From positions 27,322,299 to 27,386,298 of the forward strand of contig NC_134025.1 in assembly GCF_964204645.1 (NCBI RefSeq): DNA of 64,000 bases. The letters are read 5' to 3'. Shown in pieces: positions 11,801 through 26,800 of this stretch; the first letter of the stretch is position 1, and every line of letters begins with the position of its first letter. The position numbers and the translations under genes were made by a program. The notes below the pieces were generated by a model, which worked only from the letters and a program-made list of their open reading frames with translations, ran no database searches and was not told where the DNA came from. Source of the DNA: Tubulanus polymorphus (Eukaryota; Animalia; Nemertea).

Positions 11801-14800
11801 TTTACCAGCCACTACTACAGCAGGATTTTTATTGGTGAAATTCCATTATTTTCAATGAATGATAAAATGAATGCAGATATGAGACTAAATAAACACCTTA
11901 ATATCTAGGTAAACATCTTAAAGCAAGGCTGTGCAACACCGAATGTTGTAGGATATGAACCACTAGGATAAGCAAAATGTGAAAATTTAACATATCTATA
12001 TACAAATATATCTTTAAAAATTGAAAGTTTTTTAAGCATCAGCTAACAACAAAAAGTACCTTGTTCACTTCCTCTACGAGAAGTACTCGGAGATCGACGT
12101 TTTGGAGACCGAGGCGTACGCAACGATCCGGTCCACGTTGCAGACTCTTCGTAGTCAACATTAGGCAGTTGTTCGGCGACCAGCAACCTTTCAATACTTC
12201 CATCATCGACACTTTTACCGAGCCAACGTCCACATGGAAATCTGAAATATTCATTATTCATAGATATATGGAGAAATATTGGATTTGCACACACATGCAA
12301 TCATCGGTAAAGTATAGAAACGGATACCTATACGTGTGGCCTGTTAACTCATTTCTGACTAGAATATATTCAATCATCCACCGAGGTGACATTCCTGTAT
12401 TGTCATGACCGATTCTCAACGTTGTAAGCACTCCTATGTTCTTGTGCTAAACGTAATGAAATAATCGAATTAGAAGATTCCCAGTCGATACCAGACATTA
12501 ACATCTCATGAATTGGTCTTAATTATACTTACATCGAATGTAAACTCTAAAACACCTTTGGGAATATGAATGTTGCAAGTTTGACCGAGTTGTCCCGACA
12601 AACTGATCCAACAATTTGCGGTCGTTGTGGAAACGCTGAACTTCTTGCCGGGGTAGATAATTACACGGAACATACTCACTGAAACAGTACAAGATATTAA
12701 TGGGCTGGACTTTAACAAAAGCACGCGCAATCTCGGTGATTGCGAAGTATTATGTACCGGTTTTGATAAATGTGTTCGTAAATGCGTAGTAATCAACAGC
12801 GTTCAGTGCGAGCAGGTGATATAGAAATTGTTCGCGTTCGTCTTCGCAGCGTAAAAATGCATAACGTTTGTATAACGTTCGAAGTAATTCATGGTCGGAT
12901 AGTAATTCCTTGAGATGTTTCGATAACTGTTTCTTTTCCAAAGCTAGTCTAATAAATGCACGTGCGTAGCCGACATCTGTCTTCACTTCGGTCATTTTTT
13001 GGACGTGTCTGAAACATCAAAATAGCTTCCTAATTGAACAATTCAAAATCTAAGTACCCAATCTTGCATGACCAATGATAATAGAAAGCTTACTTCATGT
13101 CAACTAGCAACCCTTTAGACAATGGTTGTAACATGGGAGGCTCAGGACTTCGACTGTGTGTTCTTCTATGATGTTTTAAATGTTTCACTCGATCTTGTTG
13201 CGGAAAATCAACTTCTAAAGCCATTGCTGATATATCTGAAATAACCGGAAATGGAAAGAATTCATACATGTGTATTGTTCCTTATCAACACAATTCTGAT
13301 CACATTTCACCAAATTTTAGGCGAGAAAGAACAGCAAAAATATATTGTTACAGGGTATTTCCATATTTTATTGGTAAGACCGACAAGGGATGGGCTGATT
13401 TGTTGTTATTATAGATATCATTCAATATTTGCAACAAATTCCAGTCATGCGCTGAAGAAGTTGTAACCATACAAAGCAAATTAATAAGGGACCTGTAAAA
13501 ATAGCAGTTGTTATCTGGTCCAGTTTTTCATTATCAGATACTCTATAACTCAGCTTTATTGCAACATTGAACAGGACAAAATTATGAATGGGATAAATAC
13601 ATAGCTTTGAACTGAAACGTACAATGTATTTTCCAAGCAGGAACTGATTGGGTTATCAGAGGCTGAGATATCAAGATTTTCAACATTTATGCAAAGAATT
13701 ACCAATTGATACAGAATGTAATTGAGAACATATAATAATCAGAAAATTCCTGACAAGAAAATTTACTAAAGCCTGAAAAAGCAATCAACAGCATACATGA
13801 TAATCCGAAGGCGACAGTTGTATATCTTAACAATCAACTAAAATTTGGTGAAATGCAAAGAATTTCATTGATGATAGATGTGCAGGAAATTCAGTATAAT
13901 ATCCACAGTGATAATTAAGAGGGAGTTAATCGATAAATTATCAACTAAAACATTAGAAACAAATCATATTGTACATATACATATCTTCCAAAATTGGTAA
14001 AAAATCATAAGTTTAATCGAATTATTTGATATTGTTTACGAGGACTGACAAGATAGGCAGTGAACATGCACATGTTGTTGATTAATATTTGATCAAATTA
14101 AGCACATGCAATGTGACAACAGTGTGTGGCACAACCTACATTGGAACCGTTTTCTCAAAACACACCAAACTAGTGCTGCATAATGTAGAAATAGAACAAG
14201 GAGAAAACGTACACTTGTGTGTGTGTGTGAAAATTCACTCGTAAAAAACATTTGATATTTCTTCTTTCATCGATATCAATTAGATAAATAGAAATTCAAA
14301 AAAATATTGTGACCCTAAATTGAAAAGCGCTTACGAATAATTCACTTGCAAAAACCCACACCATTCACGTAGCGAAGTTAGATATAATTTGAATATAAAT
14401 ATAATGAGAAAACATCATTCACCACATGTTAATATTTCTGTAAATAAGTTATAAATACGATCACACACAAATCGGATATCGGTAAATATCATAATTAATG
14501 GCATCGCACTGACTTTTCATTGCTTCTTCAAGCATGGAATGAATCATGTATCACACCTTTTCATCAGGGGAGTGTCACAGTGTGTCGACGAGGTATGACC
14601 TCAGTCACCCTGAACAATGATATTGCAACACTTGCCAATATTTCATTGCCTTGAGTGACACCTTGAAATGGTTTGTTTGCGGATGAAGAAAACAGCAGCC
14701 ATTGAACAGACATTGGTTAGATATTACTTCGAGACACTTCACAGGAAGCAGGTTAGTATTAGCATAGGCTACTGTTTACTCTTAGGTTTCATTCGACGTT

Positions 14801-17800
14801 AAAATTTGAATCATTCACAATCATCCTGTATATCACAGCCACGAAGCTTACCACAAAGGAACTTCGGAAATCAAAATTTAAGGAAAATCAAACGCCATTT
14901 CAAACTCGCCGTTGAATGCTACAGGATGCTGATGAACAATGAATTGATTAGAAAATCAAATGCAATGATATGAGAAATTTACCCCCTCCAACACTAGCAC
15001 GTCTCCGCCGTGTTGTCTGAGAGCGAATCAGCGTTAGCAAATTTCGCTCCCAAGGTTCAGCATCTGTAAATTTCAGACATTGAGATTATAAGCACAGAAC
15101 AAAAAATGTACAGAAAACTGCACTAGATGCTGTAGCGAAGCTGTGTTACCTGAAATAGTCAATTATTAATTAGTAAAACAGATAAATTTCGAAGCAATGT
15201 GACGAAGTTTTAAAGCTACTGAATATATTTTCGTACCAAAAGTGTATATCATTGAAAAAGCTGTAATTCCGACTGAATAGCTATGTATACTAAAGTATTT
15301 GCTAGTACAAAGTAGAACGAGGAGTACAAGATATTTCGCAGATTCATGAAACACCAATTAACTGTAAGCAAGCACAATGTTGTGGAGGTAAGCGATATTT
15401 TAACACAAGTCGACATTGAAACATCAACAAAAAACATCGTATTCGTAAATAATAATCAGTTTTTTTTGTTGAAAAACAGTTGTTGTTGTTGATGAGACAA
15501 TCGACTGACCGATTAGAGCTGTTGGAAGGAGTGCTACAATCATCAGTGCATACAACAATTACATTGAGTGAATTGTGACTCACTGTAAAGATTGTAGAAC
15601 AGCGAACTAAGTTGACGTATACGTGATTCGTGTGTGAAACATGTAGTTGCTAGTTCAGTATTTCTCAATTCTTTGTTGCTTGTTGTGCCAGGATTTTGAA
15701 GGTTCATCAAATCTGCGAAATATCAGTGTTTTTTTCTCACTCAAGTCGCCTCGATTGCCCTCTCACCCGATCTACTACACCGACAGTTTAAATCATCTGA
15801 CTAGTCAGGGTTTTTGACTAGGATACGAAAGGAAGGGCTCATGTGAAATAGGACGAAAGGTGAAACAATTACACGGTAAGAACTCTGGTCTGGAATACCA
15901 TTATTACAGGTCATAAAAGCAAAGCATTATGAAGAAATTCAAAACCCATTTCCGCCAAATCAACCCTTTATCACCATGTTAGTAAGAAACGTTTAAAAGT
16001 TCATACCATCTTCGTCAGAAGAACAGCTAGTTGGTTCTGAATATGAAACAAACTATTACAACTGAAAATCTTTTATCAATTAGAAAAGAAAAAATAGAAT
16101 ACTTCATTTTATCAATGATTTAACTAATCTATTGTACGTGAGTGAATATCATGAATATCATGGGCATTGAATGAATTGAAGATGAGAAGTCTTTTACTAT
16201 AGATTATAAATTCATGTGTCACTAGAAAGGTTTAATCAAGAACCATATAAGTTGAACTACAGTACGTGAAGTGAAAATTGGCTCAAGAGCGGACTGTGAA
16301 AAACATCGAATGTAAACGTGATTGCAAAAATGTGTCCGGTTACAGAAGTATGACATACCTGGAGTAAGAAAGTTTGGATCTATTGGTTTGCTGGTATCCT
16401 TGCATTCATCAACTGTTTGATAGCTAAGCATATGAGACCAAAGAGCAGATTTTCCCTGAAAAAATCAACAAATGAACTTCATAATAATTCAAAGCATATT
16501 TTTAGGATTTTCACCAAAAACCCAGACAGATAACCATATCTATGAAATACAACCACTTATTTCATTTGTACCTGTTTTGTTTGTAAACCATGACTCCAAA
16601 TTCTTTCAAGGAGATCGCAAAGACTAGCTATAAGCGTGTTCTCTTCAACGCCAGTAACCGTGACTTCCTCATGACCCAATTCAACTGCTTCTTGGCCCAT
16701 CTTTTCAACAACCATTCGTTTCGTCTGTAAAAACATCATGGTGTAATTAAGCATGAAATACCAGTATCTTTCGGTCTTTGAGCTTCTCTCTTACCTTTGC
16801 CTTGCATTCCTTTAATAAAGTCTCTACAAATTTCCAGTTTGTTTGAGACATGGCCGAAGGCGCCATATCGGACAGCTTTGGCTGACGCACAGTTTTGTTA
16901 CGAGCTTCTTGTATATATTTCTGAAACATAGATTTTTACAATCTCTTTTACTACGATATTGATGTGAATAGACAATAAGGGTGAATAGTCTTATGCACAG
17001 TACAAACAAAAACTACGTTAAGTTTACACTGTCTAGAATATACTTCATTAGTTTCAATCATTCATCAACATTTGCTAACTCTACAAATATTTTCTTTACA
17101 TGCAAGAATTAATTTCTCTGTGCATATCAAACTACCAGGATATCCTAAATGTTACAATCATTGTTCCTACTTACTAGACCCTAGGGGATTTTATACACTT
17201 TTTAACCGAGTATGAAAACTTTCTGTCAGCATCAGTTAGCAAGAATACAAATTTGAACGAGCTGGAGCAAACCTAAACCAAATTTGTGTTGGTACAGAGT
17301 CAGATTAGGATTCATAAGAATATCATATCCTTTCTCAAATCTAAACATAATGAAAGCGTAGCCAACTAAAGTTCTTACTGAAGCTTGCTAATGCTGAAGT
17401 GTTGCCTTGAAACAAAAATTGCACAACGAAAAATTCCGACACACTCACACACACTTCAGGATTAATCGCGGATAATGCCATGTATCTTGAAGGCACTGCG
17501 TGGTAGATTTTCATAATTTCGAGGCAAGAAAACTCACTTCAAGATACATTCGAACGAAAAATGAGAGATGGTTTAAATGACTGTCACAGTTCTTGTAGTA
17601 TAAAATCTGAGAAAGACTCGGTGACCGAGAGCTAAAATAATATACACTTTTAAAAGAGTGCAAAATAGAGGTCCACGACTACGTTAATTTAATGAATTAC
17701 TGGCTGTACTCACTAGCCATAATCGTAAATGTTTCCCAGCTAATTCGAACTATAAAACAATACATGTATAACATTCATAATATAATATGATCATAACATG

Positions 17801-20800
17801 CAACAATCCTTACACATCTTACGGATAAGCAAAAACATTTCTAAGGTACGCATAATCCTAAACTCTTATGCCGAATAAACATGATAGGATGAAAACTATA
17901 CTAACAGGATAAATTGTAAAATTTCTGAATGATTTGAATAGAGATATCAAGAATCATGATTATGAAACCATGCCTACGGATAAAAGGTAATAAGTAGTTA
18001 ATCTATAAAGCGGAGAAGTTAGTAAATTTGATCATACCTCTCTCTGATCAGAATTCAGTTGTAAATGCTGTGTGTGTTGATACATTCGATCTTTCCTCCG
18101 CCAGCTAGCACTATCTCGCCGTTTTGTTCTAGGTAAATAAGATGATGATTTCATATTAACTGAAGAGCCAGATCAATGAACGTGTATTTTACGAGCTGAA
18201 GCTGACTCATAAAGATGAGTTTTTAATGGACTTCAAAATCTATCAAGCGGGCAAAATGACAAGAAGTGTCAATGTCAAAGCCGAGTGAACAATTTCGATA
18301 AAAGCCAACCTCTTTCAAGGTCCCACTTGATCAATACTTACTGATGTCATAATACAACACAACATAGAACATAGGGTAGTCTGAAAAAGCTGCCATTAGG
18401 ACACTTCATCATTACCCTTTATCTCGAACAGGGTAATAAAAAACAACTAAAACAACTACTACCAACGAAAACATACCTTGAATTTGTTGGCTCCTTTTTT
18501 AGCACCTGGTAATTGAGCAAAGGGAAAATATTACGTTGATAAGCCGGACGTGGCTTGTCATCTAATACATGTGGTTCTATGGCTAAATGGTCTATCACAG
18601 CTGCTCGTCGTTCTAACAACATTTCTGAAACAAATATCAAATTGTTAACTTAACCGATGACTTACAATGATAAAATATTTCACAGTAAATCCTGCTGAAT
18701 CTAATCAGTTAATTCTAATCCGATTAATTTCATCGGTCTCGAATTGCCTGGACTAAGCGGGCGGGGTATACTCGCAAACTTGAATGAAAATCTAGTATAC
18801 CCGAGTCTTTGACTGTAGTACAGCGACTGTACGTAGGAGCTCTGAGGTCACCGTAACGATCTTTGATCGCTTTGCAACGTATCGTAAACAATCGCAGTGC
18901 GGTTTCCGGCTCCTCCCACTGCGACATCACTTTATTGTCGATGAAAGTTACGAACATCTGCGTTTCCAAAAATGGACACAAAAACGGTAAATATGCATCC
19001 GGCTGATCACTGAGAAATGCTGCCTTATCAAAGTTCAGCACCGATTCGCGATTAGAGAGCCACGACTCCATATCTTGACTAGGCGGTTGAATCACAAAGT
19101 TTTCGTACGACGATAGCAAGTACACGAAATGATTCAAGAATATCTCGCGTAGAGCATTGTTGAATTTCATTTCCGCTAAATAATTGCGTTCCATGTTGTT
19201 ATTGTTACGATTTTTCTCGCGTTTCAGCGAATGAGAATGATGCGAATTTGCTGCGTGTTGTAAATTGTCGACGTCTCGCGAGCCGACGTTGTTCGCTACG
19301 TCCGCGTCCATTTCCCTGAATGACGTATAAACTCCCGTTTTGCGAGCGATCGCCGCGACACGGGCGTACGCCTCGCTCTGTTGTAATATTTCCTGCCGGG
19401 TCGGAGCGCTCGGTCGTCTACGCGACACTCTGTCGAGGCTACTCGACGGACTGTAAGTTCGACTATAACGACCGGTCGCGCTACTGATGCTGCTGCTACG
19501 TCGATACCTAGTCTCCGGTTCATTGCCGTTCAAGTTTATATCGTCCCCGAGTGGTACGGTATATCGCACAAAGATTTCTTTGATTTCGGTACGTAATTCC
19601 TGCATATTTGGGAGCATAGGCAAATCTTCGGGCACTTCTACATATTTCGAACCGATGTCAACGAAGCACATATTCGCCTGAAAAAACGAGAAATTTTGTT
19701 CAAGTTTATGTTTAAAAATGATAATTCAACGATCAATTTTATTTCTCAATAGCACTATCTTCTGAAATGTTAGATTGACTGTGGTTTGGGATAAAAGAAC
19801 TTCCGAATAAAAAAGATTTTAACCAGTGAAAGTATTTCGAAAGGTCAAAGTTTTGAGATGAGATTTTATGTTTGGCTATTACCTCGCTAGGAAGCTGCAA
19901 CTTCGATCGGTCTTTTCCATTGTGTTGTAAACCCATCACAAATGGCACAGGAGCATCGAGAAAGTGGATTAGAGATGCTGGAAGGATGGGTACATAGACA
20001 TGCTGCCATTGGAATGGGAACATCAGACAACAAATTCCTTCAGCAACCAACATCAACTGATAATAATCTGAAATTACATTAAAGTGTTCACTATAATTGG
20101 ATCTGATATTAGAAGACACTCGTAGTTAATTGTATAGAAATACAGTGAGTGTTCATATCGCAGTTATCAATCGCGCCCGCTCTCACAATTCATCTCTCCA
20201 GACACTATCTGAACACATCCTGTCCGATCACACATTCCACCAATACTAATAATCAATAACAGATGCATCACGATTGACAAATGGTACACGATCATCGACA
20301 TATCAGTAACAACAGTCTGAATAACATCCGAATCGGCCTTTTTCTCTTCGGTCAGGGCATCAAATATTCTTCCGATCATCTCAAATTATGATAAATGTTC
20401 CGAATTCAATTTACGGATCAATATCATTTTTATACCCTATGGACGAGTCAGTCAGATTAATCCAGGGAGATTCTCTCTAGATTATTGGAATTGACAACAT
20501 TCTTCATCAGATCAAGTTTTCATACATGCATTTATCTAGATCAGGAAGGGGAAGAATGCAGGAAGTGCTTTCAATCGATACACCAAATGTCACGTAATTC
20601 ACCTCTTTAAAAACGCCTCTCCAGGCAAAAAAAGTATCATTTGATTCGACGCTAATGTAATTAACTGACAGACAGATTGGAAACTAGATTCAAGCCATAG
20701 GTGAGAGATTCGATTTAAAGGATCTCATTCCTGCTGGAGGCAAAACTCACTAAATAATTCGTCCAAAAAAATGTCGATGCGCAGTAGAAAATATCTGAGC

Positions 20801-23800
20801 AACTGTTTCTATGCTTTTCTGGTTACGAAATGAAGTATATTTTTATGGATCAGACGAGAGTGATGTTATATGATTGAGGTACCACTAACAGCATGTGTTT
20901 CCATTACTTCAAATGCAAAGATTTGCCGCTCATGAATGTGGTCGAGTGGGATGAGTGGTTGCGATGTGTAAGCCGACCGATATCAGACACCACGCATTCA
21001 CTGTTGACAGTCATGAACGTACTACCAGACTCGCTAAATACTTACTTATCGGCTCAACCAGTACATTTACCAACGAGAAGTAATACGATTATAACAGCAG
21101 AAGGTAAACGCACGTTCATCGAACACGGCTAAACGATGTCGTAAGATTAGACATGTAAGATTTAACAGAGAAAAGCTTTTAGTTATCCGGCATCTGCTCA
21201 GTCAGACGTCTTGCAAAATGACATCATAAGTATGGTATCATTACCATATATAAAACTACCTCGATATCAATAGTATTTTTCTCGATATGTGGCGTATATA
21301 CAGATTTCTATCGAGTCGCCGAATCAGAACTGAACATCACGAAACTAATGTTATCGACAACATCAAAGTCGTCGTTTGATTTATCAATGATTTCAGTTAC
21401 TGTTGTATAATTGGATAAGCCTATCATGTCTTCAGGCTTTATGATTGATTTACTAATGCCAGTACAGGGCTCGAGTCGTCGTACAACATTTGCCACTACC
21501 GTTTCTAAATTGGCTGCAGTCATCATAACCATTAGTGAAAAGAGATGTGTCTGCAATGATTGTTACTTCACAGTGGTCACTATATCATCATCATTCAGTA
21601 TTACAGGATATGAAACTACACGCTGCGTGTACACACACACATAGCCGAGATCTCGTGGATCGCTGCAACTCTTACCTGATGAGTAAAGCAGGATTTGATG
21701 CTCTAACAGCATACTAGTGAAAATCATTAATATGTTTTCGATTCCCAGCAACATGAAGAGTTCTCGCAGCGAGAAATCAAACAGTGGCAGTTCTGTCAGT
21801 CCTAAAAAAAAACATAATACAACAAGTTGTGAGGATATCAAGCAAGAAGTTGTAAAAACAGTCGAACTGATCATAATGTTGATGACTTATACTAATGATG
21901 ATCATGACTTAGTAATTTTAATTGAAATATTCAAATTGGGATATATACTAGAGAAATCCCGCAATAATTCAACCAAAGATGTTCTTGAATGGGAGTGTGT
22001 ATATATTTGAGGTTGCTCAGATATATATATATACACTTCTCTTCAAGAGCTTATACATCTTTCACAGAATTATTGTAGGATTTCTATATATTCTGTATAT
22101 TCATCTTAAACGGAAATTGAATATCTTCTCCACTTATTCAAATTGGGACTCAAGAATTGCAATAGTTTTATCCGATGACGGCTCGAGTTTGACTGTATGT
22201 AAGTAATTAAACACGAAGACCAGTCTTACCAGGTCGCTGGCAGAATATAGGTCGGTCATATCCGGAGAATCTCATACTACGACCGGGTGGCGGCAATGGA
22301 ACTTCGTATAAAACATTAAAAACATAGCTTTCCAACGGTAAAGTCGGCGGATCGCGTCGCGTTATCGCGCTGTGGAGCTGCGATAAAAATTCTCTACACG
22401 CGTTCACGAAAGGTAGCTGCGTTATAACGCAAATACACTTCGTTACGTACAACGTGTCTTTGTTTATATCGTACATTTTATCGACGCTCATTTCTCGACG
22501 AGCGCGCATCGGACTGCGATTATAAACCGGTCCGAGGTGAGAATACAGCGTTTGTGACTGGTCGTTGCTCAGTTCGGCCATGTGCATAGCGTGCAGCGTC
22601 TGCATGGCCATGCATATTTGACGATTGGTCACCTCTTCGCAGAAGATATAGGAGGCGCCGTACGTCCTCGATCCGTCCTCGCGTGTGATGATAAACGGGT
22701 GAAATTTCGCGATTCGTTTATCTTTCTGCGTTCGAAATGAAACGCCTTTCGGTAAACATAACTGGAAAAAAAATGATAGCAAATTTACACGGTGTCGACA
22801 CTGCAGATCAGTCATTCCCGGATATAAGGAGTCTGCATCACTCTCATGTCCCAATTACAGTAGATTCCTCCTAAATTGGTATCGTTTATCTCGGTAAACC
22901 ATTGATTCAGTGGTTTTGGAAGCATATTTCTCACCTTCACACTATTTAACTTGGTGTCTGATTTGGTTAGTACCTAATTGGGTAAAAAGAATCCAGGTTC
23001 CAACTGTACCAATTTGGCGTTGTCTACTGTAAATTTCAAATTGCCCATTTCTCAAAATTGAAGGAGTTTTGTTCAAAATAAAGGAGTTTCAAGCATGTTT
23101 AAAAGCGTTTTTTGTTCAGAAAGAGTTTTTAAGGAATCAAAGAGTCGTAAGGACCCTGAACTACATTTTATATAAAATCTCGTAAATTCTTCGATCGTTG
23201 TTACTAGAATAGGTTGAGTCGGAGTTTGTTTTTTTTTTAAACAATAAAAAAACGCAGAGGAGTTTCTATAACCGCATTTCAAAAAGATTCCGGATTAACA
23301 TTAAAACAGATGGCAAACAAATTCTCTTCGAATATTCGACTGCTATGCGCTAAGAACACAAAACAGGTCTAAAAATATTGCACGGGATGCGAACTTTTCT
23401 TTCCGTTGTGGGATGATCCAATTTCAATTTTTTTCAGCTGTAATTTGATTAAAATCGATCGCACTGTCTGCTGCATTTCTAGTCATTAATCACCGATGGC
23501 ATTTCAAGTTTCAGTCTTTGACATTCGCAATGAAATCACGACTTTAGAAATTTCAGCGTATCAATCTGTTGAAATTTGATGAAAAATCCTTCCCAATCGG
23601 GTGATCAATTAAACTGAATTTTTTATCAACAGGACAAGGGTCTAACTACGATGACACTCAGAACGAATACCATCTAATTTTAACTTTAATACCGTAATCC
23701 TCTGATGAAGTGATTAATTTTCGTAGACCACGTATATAATTTTACATGAAAGAACTGATTCTACAGGAGTCTCAGAGCCTGCAGCTAATGAAGGCAGTAA

Positions 23801-26800
23801 CACTGAACAGATAAAACGATGTGATCTCAACAAGATGTTCAATGCATTAACCATTAAGTCCAGTGCACACGATATAGGGAAACAGGGTTTGATCTCGGAA
23901 ACATTGTTTCCCAAAACCATTTCTCTTGTTTTTTTTTCAAGGTCGGAATCACAGATACATGAGCCGGAAAAATGTTTTTGAGTATTGCCCAGTGTCGTGT
24001 GTGTCTGGCTTAAGCGCACACGGCACGGAACCGCTTGGAAACATGTTTCTGTCTCCTGTTTCCGCATTTCCATGAATCATGTGGGTTGGGCTAGCAACAG
24101 AAAACTCAGGAAATGATATTCATCTCACCATTCCAACTGCATCTTTATCGAATGGATTCCAAGGTACATTCTCAGGGAAATGTGAAAGCACTTTACATTT
24201 ATACGGCCTTTCCAGCGGAGGACAATGTAAATTGTCACCTGCAACGACAATAAAATATTAACATTAAAAATACTTCTATCGACGAATTCGGAATAATGAA
24301 TAATATCTCTGTTTACAAATATCATACATCGTCTGGGGTCTGATAAAAAATCTGTTAGCTGCAGTCAAAGCAGTTGATTGTGTAATCACGATTACACGAA
24401 AGGATATCCGTATCTGTGATAAAACAATCGATGAGACCCTAGAGCTGAAATATTAATACTATACCACACCGCGATTATTTTCATAACACATATAAAATAT
24501 GCAAAAAAATCGAATGCATTTTTATTCGAACATATGATACGATCTAATCGCGCGAGAAGAGATAGGGTACTTTCCGGTTGAGTTCGTGATTCATCGCTGT
24601 CACTGTATTACGGATGGCCCTGAATTACCGGCAACTGAATCCCGATACCGCCGGGGAATACACATCTAAATGAACCGGACAGAGCTCAGGCGCGAGATCA
24701 TATTACATCTAATAAATGTCTGAATGGACTCGTATTATATGATAACCAGCTGAGAATGGGGCTCGGCGATACAGGCAAATACAAACTTAAATCCTGCAGG
24801 ACCAAGTTTAAAATTATAATGAGAGTAGATGACAATAAAAAATTCATCTGATTAAGCTTTCGCGAGGAAACTTGGGACCCCCGGTACATTTCAAGTTAAA
24901 CAGTTATTCATATCATTCCTACAGTGGAACCTCATTAAAAATGGAAAATGCGTTCGTTATAACCAATAGTTTTTGTTTTATCAAGTATAAATTATTAAAG
25001 GTTCCACTATGATAGGTTGATTTAGACTGATTTTGGAGGCAAAGCCTCAGAACTCCATCATCAGGTGATAACGAACTCAGTTATTGATATTATCATAATT
25101 TTGACCCCGCCACCACCGCAGAAAATCGGAATATTGAAAGCAGAATGTTTTCATTTGATGAATCCGAATGTCATCGATGTCAATGTCGAATGAATAAATC
25201 AAATGATTATTGCGATGACAGTTCCGTACAATAAATTTGAAGACGACATTGACCCGATGCATTAGTTTGGCTTCATCAGCTGTGAGAATAATACGCACTG
25301 GCGGCGACTGCATAAATCCTACCGAGCTATTTCCAAGAAAAATAATGTAAGCTGCTATTTTCGTTGGTTAGGGTGGACCAAGGACAAGAGACTTCAATGA
25401 TTATTTCACGATAAGTAACTCGGACCGAGATGAAATGAGAACGCATATAAATCCATCGATGTTGTAGGATGTCAGCGACCCAATCAGTTACTTCAGTACA
25501 TAAACCAACAAGGTCACCATCACATCAATCGTAAACAAGCAAATGAATTATATTAGGCCTACAGTGTGCTGCTAATGTTCAGGACCGGATATTGACGATA
25601 AAGAAAACATGATGATCACATTTCATCGGCACATGAAAAAGAATCGTTTTCAAGCCACATCATTTTTCTGATGAGAATTTCAACACATGCGCAGGGGGCT
25701 GACGGAACCAGAAGCAACTGGCGGCCATCGTCAGTGACCGATTGAGATAAGTTATCTAATATAGCGCAACAACCAAGGATTGGAATGGACCAATCTTAAA
25801 ATGAAGAAAACAGCCTTCAGAAATGTGTGGAATATCGGTCCATCTTATTCTTAAATACACCGTATCAGAATGAACAACAAGTATTGATTAAAACATCAAT
25901 ACAAGACACAGAGATTATCATTGAGATCAGGTTTTTTCACTTCTAATATTAGCATCATCTCAAAAATCTGCATGTTTTTTCTTACACGCAACGCACTCTG
26001 TTCATCCATTAATAACAATCGTTGAAAATCGAGACATGAAATAACGCTCTGGGGCCTGAAGATAAGTGAATACTCAAGTTTCTATGGTAATGAAGAGAAT
26101 GTCTCGGCGTCGCCAGATGACATATAAACGGTAATAATTTGAGACGAAGCAAACTGTTGCTAGTTGCAGTATGAATAAACCGAGGAGACAATGAGACTAC
26201 GTTGAAGAGGAAAACGGCTCCAACCCTTTTAAGAACGTCTTGTCTCGTAAATATCCTCCATTATTTCGTGCAAATATCGTTTTACTCGCTGCCAGTGAGG
26301 AGATACAGTAGTTCTATCTTTTAAATTCATTTTGACTCCATTAGAAAAAAGCATAGAAGTGTTCGATTACACTTCTATAAGAAAAGGTAAGCGCAACAAT
26401 TGCTGCCAAAAGTAATAGTACGCAATAGCCTACACACTCGCATCTCCAACTGTGATTAAGTTTAAGGTACTACGAAAAGTAACATTTCAGAAAATTCGGA
26501 ATACCAGCATGAAGTAATTAGTAACAGTCGAGATAATTGAATCACGAAGATCTTTAAATGAATACTTCTACAACAAGGATTTACAATAAGTAGATTTTAC
26601 ATTCCTGATTGCCATGGGCTAAAGGGACATAGACACGACGTTAAGTGAGAAATTGGTGACGTGCTAATGAATTCAGTTAAGTGAAACCTTAACCCAGGGC
26701 ATATACAATAAAGCTACGCGTTTTACATGAAAATTGCCCTTCTTTTCCAGGACACTGTAGTGCAAGCCATCAGTTAGATATCACACTGGTAACCATGGAA

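Noticed and set aside
12243-12327. DENND5 intron beginning GTATCC as a second U12 intron
   Set aside because: The donor is GTATCCGT rather than GTATCCTT and there is no TCCTTRAC branch site; treated as U2-type.
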